A DNA stretch of 59,812 nucleotides, filler included, from Sluysia triapertura (GCA_046118255.1; 4 parts of 4 records of this genome joined end to end with filler, not necessarily neighbours in it), one strand, 5' to 3'; counted from the first letter of the whole stretch, positions 14,201 through 26,049 are shown. The notes: generated by a model from the sequence alone, not told the origin. Numbers and translations: made by a program.

Positions 14201-14785
14201 TAAATTTATGTTTTATGGTTCGGTTCGCTACAATTTTCAATCCGTTCCAAAGCAAAATGAATTTAGAAATAAGATTACGATTTCAGTTGATTGGAATCTT
14301 GCACTCTGAATTTGTGCCGATTAAAAGAATTGGACGTGGAAGTTTTGCCGCTTCTCGGTCTGACCGCGTTTTTTTCCACTTCAAGGAACGATGCCGATAT
14401 GAATGATTCGATGAAATTGATATTCGATTCAAAGACGATATTTGGAACAAATAATGTTAATTTTTTGAGTCAACCTGTACTCGCACGCGCCTGTAGGATT
14501 TTTCAATCAATCTTTTATGTCAGTAATATTTTCCTAATCTAACTCTTTCTAAGAGCATATTCTATTTTTCTTTTCTTAAAATATTCTTTTAATGAGTTAA
14601 TGCTTATATGCATATAAATTTCTCTATAACTTAAAGCAATAGTCTTTACTATCTTGTATATATCTGTCAGACCACTAAATTTAGAATTTATTTAATAATC
14701 AAATTTATTTATTTAATAATCGAATATAACAAGAACTATATTTCAATCTATGTGACAATACAAATTATGTTAAAATGTTTTAATA

Positions 14786-15961
14786 CAAGGAATCATCCCG
14801 ATTATCCGTGGATAATATTTAGAAAATGCAGAAATGAATAAAGAATATTCATATTGACTACTGCGGTCATTGGTTTAAAAATAAACGTGTCCCAGAAGTT
14901 CGAGTTTTTATTAAAGTAAAGGTGATGCGACCCATTAATACTGACGTAATCAAAGAATTTATTGAAATATTTTTTTAAAAAAATTTACCCAATGAATATG
15001 TCAACCAATGTCAAAGAAATTAAGAATAGGACAAAGCACCGTAGACCTACCTCAATAAATTCTCAAACCAGTTTTTCAGTGTTCACGGTGTATGTACATA
15101 ACTGGGAGTTCCCGCGATGGTACCTCAAAAGTATTGCCACATAAAGCAATACTGTTATTAGATAATGCTCCTTGTCATCCATATGAAAGCATAATGAAAA
15201 CAGACGAGGGCCGTATAGCTGCAAAATTTGTATAATATCTTTAATTCTACCTATGGATCAAGGAGGTATCTCTTTAATGAAAGGCCATTATCGCAATGAT
15301 CTTAAAAGCTTTTGCAGCGAGAATGAACTTACGAAAAAACATGACAATGATTGGTGCAATATGTGGAGCCGTTAAATCTTGGAACAAAATTAAGCCATAA
15401 CACTAGTTCGATTATTGTTGAAAATTTTGTCAAATGCAGAAAGTAATGTTTCGGATTATATCGAACTTGAGACATGTAACATTTCAGAATTATGTGAACT
15501 AATGAAAAATTTAAATGGCTTTGAAAATGTTGATGACCAAAATATTAAGAAATGGATGGATTTTGATTCATCTGATCCAGGATTCCAGATCCAGAGTGAC
15601 ACCGATATTATTTCAAATCTAATTTCAAATCCAAATCAAAAGCAAAAGTGAGGTAGAAGATATTACCAATAGCATTAGTCACGACAAAACACTGACTTCT
15701 GTCGATACTTTACTGAAATACAGCAATCAATGGAGTTTCGACTATAACGATGTAACATCTTTACGAAAAATTCGAGATGATATTAAAATGTCATTGAAAA
15801 ATTCACTTAAACAAACCAAAATTACCGATTTTTTAATAAAGCATTGAGTTTATTGTTATTGTTTTTGTATTGTACTAGTATTATTTTATTATTTTTGTAT
15901 TTTGAGGATTATCCGCTCCGACCTTCCCCATCTTCAGCCCGGATAATTTGGGAGTTTACTA
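14786..15961 (+). mobile_element. Tigger/pogo (jerky-like DDE_1) DNA transposon, decayed
   Basis: Peptides AILLLDNAPCHP, SLILPMDQGGI and C-terminal KQTKITDF. Imperfect TIRs (..CCCGATTATCCG / CGGATAATTTGGGAGTTTACT) with TA flanks. Confidence 0.88.
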
Positions 15962-17749
15962 TATAAAGCTGTTTATTCACTAATTATCATTTAACACAAA
16001 ATAATCCTCGCTGCAAACAATGTCTAATAATATTCAAATTATATTATTAATAAATTACTTCTTAATAATTAGATTAAATGATTTTTAATCGAGTTAATAA
16101 CCAGTAGTAAACTTGCCTAAAAGTAAATAAAAATAAAAATCTGACAAACTGAGCTACAAGATTACGATCAAGCGGTCCATATTTGTTAATATACAGGAAA
16201 CTGATTCAGGTAAACGGTACAGTTAATCGAATATTGAGCAACAATAATTAATTTAAATTACTGATAATTTTTCAAATTTTTCTCCTTGATTTTATTATTT
16301 TATTTTGCGTCTTTTCGTAATAATTCTAAAACTATTTATGCGCCATATAATACTAAACCCATAAAAATTATGACATTTTTTAAATCATAAATGTGAAAAT
16401 AAAATTTTATAGTATTATAGAATTAAAATTTCAAACTATAAATAAAAAAATGATTTTCTAGACAAAAACATTTTTTTAACTTACATAAGACCTTAGTACA
16501 TGATTTTGTTGTCCCTTATTTTGCCAAGTTTAATCAAAATTGATGCAAAATAAAATTAAATTTCAAATTTATTATTTTTTTGAAACATTTTAGAAATTTT
16601 GTTTATGTAAGTTAACCATTTATATTTGACAATAATTTTCTTAATGTTATTTTATTATATATTATTTTATTATATATTTTATTATTATATTTTATTACAT
16701 GTTTTATTTATAGTATTTTATTATATATTAATTAAAAAAATGTATTTTTCTTTTATATTTTATTAAAAAAACTATCGATAATAATGAAGAAATATTTATA
16801 AAAACATCAATTTCTAATGCTAGTATTTTAATTTAACTCCAACATAGTTTAAATATGGGTTTAGCTAAAATCCACAACTTAAACTTTTAGTAAGCTTCTA
16901 ATTTAACCTTAGAATAAACTTAAATTGCTCGATATACATATAATATTTATTTATAAATTTTATTATTGTACTAATAGTGTTTTATCTTTATCCAATACTT
17001 TGAAGAAGCGACTGAAATTATGAGGAAAATATGGAATCAACACATTAGGACATAGCTGAATCAAAATGATACTTATACAAAGAAATTTACTTACAAAGCA
17101 GTAATGAACACCATTTTTTAAAAATGCTTTAAATCAAGAAACAAAAGAACTTAATCATCATTAGAATTATCTGAATTATTGGCAAATTAATCGACTCCTT
17201 TAAAGAAAAAAGATATTTTTATTATGCTTTTAAGTTGTTTGAAATTCATTATTAAACCAATATTTGCTATTTCGATGAAAAGAATTAACTATAAAAAACA
17301 TTATCATAGAATGGAATTAAGAACTAAAAAATAAATTGCACTGAATTATCATTACAACTATATCAACAATTATTGCTACTTGATTCCATTATTTGTTATT
17401 TGATATAATGATTATTACCATTTGAATAATTGCTGGACAGTTTAGTAATATTCGAATAAACAAATTGCTATTATTTGGTTCGAGTTCTTGTTTAGTTTAC
17501 AATATTATTTCGGCCGATTTATATTAATCCTATATTATTATTCACGTAATAAAATACTTAAATCAGAACTAATACGTATGATCCATTTACTATTTGTTTT
17601 ATTATTAAATATCTTATACTTTTAAGTGTTTTATTTATTAACCATTTTAAATTATAATGCCTGTTTGTAAATCTATTTGAATGAATTTATATAAAATAAA
17701 TAAACCTCTAGTTTAAAATTCAAAATAATCAATTCAATTGCATTATTAC

Positions 17750-18430
17750 ATTTTACATTGTTACCTTTTCAAAATTTATCAAAACCTTTTTATATTTTAC
17801 TTCTTTCAGATCCATTAAAACCATTTTCCATACTTCAAAACATTTTAAATTCGCATTCTACCAACATCCAAATTTTACTTTCATTCAAAACCATTAATCT
17901 ACATTTAAATATTCATTTAAAACATTTTTATTCATTATCTCACAACATTAGAACCACAATTATATCTTAAGTCATGAAATATCTATTTCAATATTAATCC
18001 AAAAAATTTCAATTTCACAATCTTTTAACACTGAATCATTATCATCAGTTAAAAACATTAAATTCACATTTTAAAACCAATTTAACATCACAAGTAAAAC
18101 GGAATTTCTTTAACATCTTTAAGAAGAATATAAAGTTCAGAATAACAAAATCTTAAAAGAATTTATTTAATAATTTTTTATTGATAAAGAATTTGATTTA
18201 TAAGAAGAAAGATTTATGTAATTTAGTATTACTCTCTTTTAATCAATTTTCACTCATTATTATCATCATTATCATTTCTAAGTGCAGTATATTAAAAAGA
18301 ATTTCAAATTAAAATTTTATCAAACAACTTCAAAAGAACCAATTTAAGGAAATTGCATTTTTTAAGAATAATCCAAAGGTATCGAAAGAAAGATCGTGTT
18401 AAAAGAATAAAGAACTTATGTATTTATTTA
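17750..18430 (+). mobile_element. LTR-like G-poor repeat, copy C (5' motif not found)
   Basis: AACATCCAAATTTTACTTTCATTCAAAACCATTAAT block resembles copies A and B. AAGATCGTGTT at 18390 is identical to 24000, followed by AAGAACTTATGTATTT. Confidence 0.5.
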
Positions 18431-18571
18431 ATTTAATTTTATTATTATTATTTTTATTTTATTTATACACCTTATTATAATAATTATTATCGGAATTTTT
18501 ATTATCATTATAATTATCATTGGTATTGTTCATTGGTATCATTTATTGCTGACCAAAAATTTTAATTTAGT

Positions 18572-18742
18572 TTCTGTCAGTCTTGACAGAATTTCATTAA
18601 ACACTTCAATACCTGTCACCATTTAACATTATCTAATCACTAACTTTTAAATTTCTATGGTGGCAGGCACACATTTACTAGTACATAAATATATGTATTA
18701 TACTCCATTTACCTTACACATTTCGACTGGACATCCAATCAG
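18572..18742 (+). promoter_or_regulatory. Hairpins plus CCAATCAG upstream of cassette C gene
   Basis: IR 18572-18579/18584-18591; IR CCTGTCACCAT 18612-18622 / ATGGTGGCAGG 18657-18667 (one G-U); GGACATCCAATCAG at about 18729-18742. Confidence 0.5.
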
Positions 18743-19220
18743 TTCTACTCTTCATATATTTATAAAATTTATTGCTAAGTATATAAACAAGGTATATTTT
18801 CATACGATCTATGTTAATTAATTAATTGCTATTATATGTGTGTATATATGTGGTTATGTTATAAAAATTGAAAAGATTGACTTTTGGTTAATGAGAGAAC
18901 GAGTTATAACAATGTTGCAGAAATAGGATTTAAAGACGAGTTGTAATTGGTCGTGCTCATAAGTTCGTTTAATACAAGGCATATTTGTGTATAGGTACCA
19001 GAAAATTCAGAGTTAAAAAATTACAACAATATATAAAAACAAGATAAAAAACTGTGGACAGAATATTTTAAAAATAACATTAACATTTCATTTCTTATTG
19101 TCAAATGAAAAAGACTAAAACCTGTAACTATATACAAATTAATCCTGTTATGTTTTAATATTAGAGTTCAATAATCATGAAGAATCAATTAGAGTTTCCA
19201 AATTAACGGATAATTTTCCA

Positions 19221-19553
19221 GTGTCTTTCGAAGCATTCAATAAATGTCAAATGATCAAATTAAAATTAATTGTTTGGGCTAATGCTTTATTAATTATTGA
19301 TGATGAAATTAGAGATGTGATAAATTTGACTTCACGAATTAATCTCGATTATATCCATACTTTGTTCGATAAATTAGTAGTATTGAAATTAAGTGGTGAC
19401 CTTGGTATTAGTAGCATTGTTCCTAAATCAGCCATTCTGATAGGAAACGATATGACATTTATGGATTTAATTATAAAGCAATTAAAAACATTAAATTTAG
19501 TTTATGATTGTGGTGTACCGCTAGTTTTAATGAATCCTTTCCTCACAAAATAA
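19221..19553 (+). pseudogene. UGP2: UTP-glucose-1-phosphate uridylyltransferase (UGPase) N-terminal fragment, cassette C
   Basis: DKLVVLKLSGDLGISSIVPKSAILIGNDMTFMDLIIKQLKTLNLVYDCGVPLVLMNPF matches the UGPase signature KLVVVKLNGGLGTSMGCKGPKS..TFLDLTVQQIEHLN..Y...VPLVLMNSF. The GGLG motif is altered and the ORF ends early. Confidence 0.88.
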
Positions 19554-19596
19554 AATTGCTCTTAATGATCATCCTATTTCAACCTACACTAACAAA

Positions 19597-19884
19597 GTGC
19601 AATTAAGTACAACATATTACAAGAAAGGAATATGCAATTACATTACAACAGCAACAGGCTACTGCATCAAATTCGGCAAAAACTGTGACTACTCACACAG
19701 TGTATTAGACTTACAATCATCTAATCTCAGCATAACCAATTTCCAATATTGTGAGTCCATACCATTCGGAATACCAATCATTCATATCGAAATGAACAAT
19801 GTTTTCTGTTTGCTAAAGGTAAATAAGTTTCTTATTTTGTGTTCCTCTTTTTTATAATGTTTTTATTTATTTTATTTTTTCCAG
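19597..19884 (+). pseudogene. Unkempt-type CCCH zinc-finger exon and short intron, cassette C
   Basis: YYKKGICNYITTATGYCIKFGKNCDYSHSVLDL (C-x9-C-x6-C-x3-H at 19633-19698) resembles Unkempt ZnF3 YYKTGTCIHETDARGHCVKNGLHCAFAHGPHDL. GT-AG intron 19819-19884. Confidence 0.78.
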
Positions 19885-21477
19885 AATTGCAAATAATTCT
19901 AACAAAAAATTTTTCTTATTCATAACTAATAAATGTATTAATTGTTCTGTTTATCATAATTTTTATAAAATTTTAAAATTGTGGGAATTAAATATAAAAT
20001 TTAAATTTACGATAATTAATTGTTTTGAGATGAGAAACCTTCCACATAAAGTAATAAAAAAACCATTAATAAATAAAATATGATTTTAAAGTGAAACATT
20101 ATCTCATAACATAGATTTAATTTTCACAAAAAAATCAACAAATTTCTTAGTTATCTTTCATTAATACACTCACTACTACTCGTTTAAATCGATTAATATT
20201 AGCAAAGTATGAAAATCATATTTAAGGAATAAAAATATAAATAGAATAAAATACGAAAATTTCATAATGAATTAAAAACAATATTAAAAGAAAACATTTT
20301 TATAAAATTAAATATTGATTACTTAATGTGTTGAAAATTTTATTGATTTTAAATGTATGTTTTGTGGTAGCTTAATTAGTTTACTTTATTTAATTAATGT
20401 AACAAATAAACTAAAATTTAGAAGATATTATTTACATTTCAGAATAACTAATAAAGTTAAAATAAGTTGATATAAATGGCAGAATTTAATATTGATAGTT
20501 TGGAAAGAAAATTGATAGCATATAAATATAAAAATTCAAAGTTTAAACCTCAATTTGAAATCGATGAGACAAGGAAAAGGAATTTGTCTTTCTGAACAAA
20601 TTGCTGTGCCAAAATTTGATATTTTTAAATTACTTTATATCTACTCTAAATAATTCTCGATTTTTAACCTTTACGAATGTTAGGTATAACTAACATTTAA
20701 ATTAATGGTCAAAATAGATGAATAATAAATATTTAAATAATAAAATAATTTTGTTATGCAATTGTATTATCCTCTAAATAAGTTAGATATATACTTTTTT
20801 CAATCCATTTTTGGAAGATATTTTTCAAATTTTTTTCTTTTAATAACTTCAACTTCTAAATAAATGCAATATCAAGATAAAAAGAAGAGTTTCCTTAGAA
20901 AACCAAAACACCTACAAACAAACAAACTTACTAATCCCAAAAAAACCATAATCGATAATACTTAGTTTAAATGTTGTTATTGAATGCAATTAAATTTCAC
21001 TGTTTATTATTACTCGATTTTAAAACTAAATTTATGTATTCAAATTTCTTGTACTTTTAAATATTTTACTTCTACCTATTTTTGATTTATCAATTAATAT
21101 TTTTTAATTATATTGTGCACTGGATCTTATCCAATTCCTAATTAATGATCTTTAAATTAAAATTTTAATAAATTAATCATTAACTTGTGTAGTGCTAATC
21201 ATTAACCGTAATATCCACAATCGTAACCATTACAATCTGCATAATTAAAATCTGTGGATTATTTTTACAAGTTTTCAAAAGTATTTCTTGACAACTTGAA
21301 CGATAAATAGTATTTGAAATAGTATTAACGACATCATTTATAATATAGTTTCTATGAATGACAATTAAAAAAATCAATTTTTTTATAAAATAAATTTTTA
21401 TTTGTATGTACATAATCAGCTTTGTGGAGGGCAAAGTAAAATTTGATTTAATTAATTTATATTACTTTTAATCCACA

Positions 21478-22340
21478 ATTAATGCGTGGATAATGACTAC
21501 TAGCCAAATTCCGACCACTTACAGTACCATCTAAGTTCATTGGCAATAAGAAATAAAACCATTGCTGATATTGATAACATTGTTAAGAAGGGTATCGCAC
21601 GACTTGCTTGATAATGATTAGTAATAAGATTGATGAGAAGTGCCGTACCAGAAACCAAAACGGGCATAATGTTTTTCAATGTACGCTTTAAAATCATGCT
21701 GATATAATAAACAAAAAAAGGCCATCATAAGTGAATTAAAGGTAGAAAACCCATGAATTCGATACTGAAGAAAAATAGAATCTAAATATTCTTTAAAACG
21801 TCTATTAATTTCCATAGTCGATGGTTTCCAAATAACTTTATATGTGAACCCAATTCTTATATCAGGTCGTAGTTTGATTTTGTTTCCACTTTTTAAGCTG
21901 ACTTCAACAATTTGTTTGTCATTATAACTAATCTTGATCAATTTGTGAGTGCACAAATAAAAATACCCTTCTTTAGATTGTTCACCAACTAAACCCCACA
22001 TTGGTAAATCATCTATATACATTTGATACCAGTAAACAATTTTAATTGTATATAAAAATAGATGCAATTTTTGTGACGTTAAAGTAATTTCGCAATATTT
22101 AATTCTTTTAACGTCAGTTTTGAAATCAATATCTGACTCACTAAATTCTAATTCTATTCCTTGCAAAACTTCGCCTAAAGTTGCATGATAATGATTTATT
22201 TCTTTTTTTGGACGTTTGTGGTAAAGTCCAACGGTATTCATCCATAAAACTACTTCCTCTCCATCATCATATTCATGTGTATGCTCATTTGCATAATTCA
22301 ACGTACAGAATGATATAATAAATATAAAAAAACTGTCCAA
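21478..22340 (-). pseudogene. TM9SF3: Intronless, internally deleted transmembrane 9 superfamily member 3 copy
   Basis: EHTHEYDDGEEVVLWMNTVG, HYHATLGEVLQGIELEFS, YWYQMYIDDLPMWGLVGE, then YQASRAIPFLTM and GTVSGRNLA. Frameshifts, two internal deletions, truncated, no introns. Confidence 0.93.
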
Positions 22341-22527
22341 GAAAGTGTGATGCGAACATTTAAAAGAAAATATATTATCTTTATATTTTATCTGCCATAT
22401 AACAATCAATAATTATGGATCTATATTCAATTTAAATTTATTTATTAACATATATTTATAATTTCAGAATCTGGTAACATCCAATAAACTAAGAAAGTAG
22501 GAGTTTGCATTGAAAACATTTTCGTTA

Positions 22528-22627
22528 NNNNNNNNNNNNNNNNNNNNNNNNNNNNNNNNNNNNNNNNNNNNTTAATTAATTAANNNNNNNNNNNNNNNNN
22601 NNNNNNNNNNNNNNNNNNNNNNNNNNN
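22528..22627. other. Artificial contig-join gap with six-frame-stop linker
   Basis: 44 N + TTAATTAATTAA + 44 N. Confidence 0.97.
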
Positions 22628-23397
22628 TGTGTTAATTCTTAAATATAAAATGTATAACTTATATTCTCTTGTTCTAAAAGTGAAAATTTTATGTTTTAAT
22701 AAAATATGTGGAAAAATAATAGGTAATCAGTATAGGTCAATGACATTAAATAGTTTGAATGATATGTTAGAGCATGATTCTATGTTTATGAAAATATTAG
22801 TACAGGCGAAACTCATATTGTTAAAACGAACTGTATCGAATTTTATTATTCATAACACCATCCAACTAAGTCCTAAGATAACCATCCTTGACATAACTAT
22901 TATATTAAAACTCCAAAATCTTAACCCGCTTGTGAGCTTCTTGTTTATTTCCTTAATGTTACGAAGAATTTAAGAGGTTACACAGTACTCAAAACTTATA
23001 CAAAGATAGATCTGCGTGAACTATTCAAAAATAAACAATCAAAAACAATTTCCGTTCAAAAATCAAAACTTTTAAGATCATTAATTTATAATAAAACAAT
23101 TAAACACTTAAATTGTTGTCAGGAGTTTACCTCTACAATTTCTTGTCTGGAATACACTTCTACAATCTGAAAAAACAAAAATTTATTTTTAAAACTAAAA
23201 TTTAAAAAACCTAATTCTTAAATTAATAATTTTCTAGAATTAAAAATTTTAAATATTAATCTTGCTAAAAGTGCCTGAAGCGACATCGCTAAAGTATGAT
23301 TAAACTACGTAGTTTGATGTTTAATCGAACTGGTTTTGAACATGGCTTCAACAACCAAAAATCCAGTGTCCTCCAAGAAAAAATGAGACGACGAAGG

Positions 23398-24045
23398 TGC
23401 GGTAGCTAACCTATTTCCCTAATAAACATTCTCTACAAATTACACCCAGAATCAACAAAAAACAACATTAAATTAAATCAACACATTCTACATAAAACCA
23501 TACTCTTAAACATTTTAATACTCTCACATTTATCTCTTTTACATACATTAAAAACATTTTCACCTGTAAAATCAACTAAACACATAATCTCATAACATCT
23601 AAACCACTGTTACATTCAAAACAATTAAACCACATTAAAAATTCATCTAAAATATTTTACTCTATATTTCTTATCAGTTCAATCACAATCACATTCGAAA
23701 TTAATCAACAAACATCTCCAAAGCAAATCAAACATCATAAATTCACGATCTGGTACCAGTAAATCATCCTAATATTCAAACATCACCTTCACTCAAAAAC
23801 ATTAATCAGCATCCAAAAGTCATTGTAAACATTTACACTTTAAATTATCTTCAGCTTGAAATATTATTTAATTCAGAACAGTAAGGTATATTCTAACATC
23901 TACATAAAGCATTCATATTATTTCAAAATATTAATTCTTAAGCTTTTAACTCCCATTACTCTTAATCATAATATGTCAGAAACATAAAAGAAAGAAAGTA
24001 AGATCGTGTTGGTTATTGCGAAAAAAGGAGTTCTGTGTTTTTAGG

Positions 24046-24087
<42 letters not shown>

Positions 24088-24168
24088 TTTTGTTATTATG
24101 ATCTCCATTTTTAATTTTTATTATTTTCATTTATAACAAATACATGAAATTATGTCGTAACTACCACT
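23398..24168 (+). mobile_element. LTR-like G-poor repeat, copy B
   Basis: Starts TGCGGTAGCTAACCTATT, ends CTACCACT (imperfect terminal IR). The body aligns by eye over more than 250 bp with the reverse complement of 49625-50061. Internal (TAA)n. TGGTGAC follows 5 nt later. Confidence 0.65.
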
Positions 24169-24326
24169 ACCAGTGGTGACTACATTGATTAACAATTACG
24201 GTCAATGTCACCACTGATAGTGATACACACATCAATCATCTGACTTTTGTTCTTAATTATTGATCGTCCAACCAGATTTATTTTGTAACTGTTTTTATAC
24301 GTCTCTCTGGTCGGTCGACCAATCAG
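24165..24326 (+). promoter_or_regulatory. Twin hairpins plus CCAATCAG upstream of cassette B gene
   Basis: IR 24165-24180/24207-24222 (15/16 matches); IR about 24259-24276/24306-24323 (15/18). Homologous to 11013-11165. Confidence 0.6.
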
Positions 24327-24528
24327 ATTGATAGTCATTATGAAAATTTTTATTAAAAGCTATGTAAAGCCAATCAGTAGTTGTAATTTTTTTGCATACA
24401 TAATTATTATTTTTGGCAACAGCATTATTCATTACAATTAAAAATTTCGTTCTGTTAATTTTAAAAAGTGTTTGGTAACTCAATTTTATTTCAACAATTC
24501 GTTAGCAGTTTTTTATATATACTAGATA

Positions 24529-25790
24529 ATGAGGCGAGGAAAATATTCGGATAATTAAGGAGATCGTAGAGATGGTTATCATGATTTAAATTCATTGGAA
24601 CAAATTCCTAGAACTGCTATTGAGTTTCAAAAGTTATTTGGTTATGATTTTTTTAGATATGTATCAGTCTTAAGATTCAAAAAAATCTCGTTATGGAAAT
24701 GATGGAACAGAGAGAAAATATTATTCTATTGGTTTAAGTAAACTTCCTCATCGTTTATCAGATTATGATGTACGCAATATTATTTATCGAGAGTGTGAAC
24801 GTGTTGATGCTGATTTCAATGTCAAATTTTCTACATACAATGGAGAAAGAGTCGCGTAAATTAATTTTAGATCATCAAGAGATGCATCAGATGATCAGCA
24901 TAAAGCTAATGATGATAAATATAACGATTATACAGTATGTAATTGTGAAGTTAAGTTTGACTCTATCGACAATAGTAGAGATAACAATGTTCCAGTTATG
25001 ATTACTCGAGATAATCAGAATAAAGTCGCTGAAGATGAATATGACGACTACCAAATATGTAATAATAAAGTTATTAATGTCGAAGTCGAGAATTATGATT
25101 CTTACAATTATAACCCTAATGATGATAAAGATAACAATGCTGCATGCGAATTTACGCAAATTAGGAGAAAGAAATATATTGATGGTAAAGCCAACAACGA
25201 AGAAGAACATGATGTTTTCTTTAGTTGCCGTAAAGACCAATTTTATAAACCTGAATGTTTTAGAGATAAATTTTTTAATATTCATAAAAATAATGTCTTT
25301 AAACCTTAATTATTATAATTTAAGTATAATTAATTCTCGTAATGGCAAAAATAATATTTATGTTATTGTTCATGCTAAACATAAGACTTATGAAAAATAT
25401 AATATTGACGATGAGTATTTTTGTAATGAATCTCAACATAGAGATTATAAGCAGGATTACTGTAAGTCATATAGACGAAAATTTATTCGTATGACTGTTA
25501 TTTGTCCAGGTTTTACTAATGATTGTGGTATCTGTTTATTGCGTGGTTTGTACTGCAGATACATTCATTCTATTCATGAGCTTAAGTTCTGTGAACAAGA
25601 TCATTCAACTTATGACCTGCACCTGCAACGAATTTCAGAGTTGTTGAATATGATTCCAGTAATTTCCAGCATTTCAACCTCAACGTAAGTAACGCCTATC
25701 TATATTCATTATGTGTTATCAACCATTATTACTGTTATGTTTTATTTATAGGTGGAACGCCAACAAGAAATGTCATGCATAGAAGTCAAA
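24529..25790 (+). pseudogene. Cassette B: RBM15-like RRM, D/N-rich linker and Unkempt-type CCCH finger
   Basis: ATG at 24529. Finger CPGFTNDCGICLLRGLYCRYIH at 25503-25568, then HLQRISELLNMI. GT-AG intron 25685-25751. Stops and frameshifts present. Confidence 0.72.
24719..24907 (+). pseudogene. RBM15: RBM15/Spenito RRM1 fragment (absent from the ORF track)
   Basis: YYSIGLSKLPHRLSDYDVRNIIYRECERVDADFNVKFSTYNGERVA*INFRSSRDASDDQH resembles Spenito/RBM15 RRM1 ..SD..I...LYRE...GDFS....ERVA(Y/F)V(C/N)FR..EDAR.AKH. TAA at 24857 sits at the Y/F position. Confidence 0.78.
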
Positions 25791-26049
25791 TACCAAAATT
25801 AAATCTTTTTAAAAATAAATCTTTACATTGTTATTTCGAATTTTTCTTTAGTAATAATATAATAATTGTTGTGAAACAAAAATATTTTAATAAAGAATTT
25901 TTGATAAAAATTAATTTTAAATTTGGTAAAGTTGAAAATAATTTGATTTTAAAATTTAAAAACGATTATAATGTAAAAACTATAAAAATCATTAATTCAT
26001 CACAACAGTGATGTTGAGGCAAATTAAAAAGGCGATATCCACGGAACTA

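Noticed and set aside
22572-22583. TTAATTAATTAA palindrome as a biological site
   Set aside because: Centred in N runs three times; an assembly linker.
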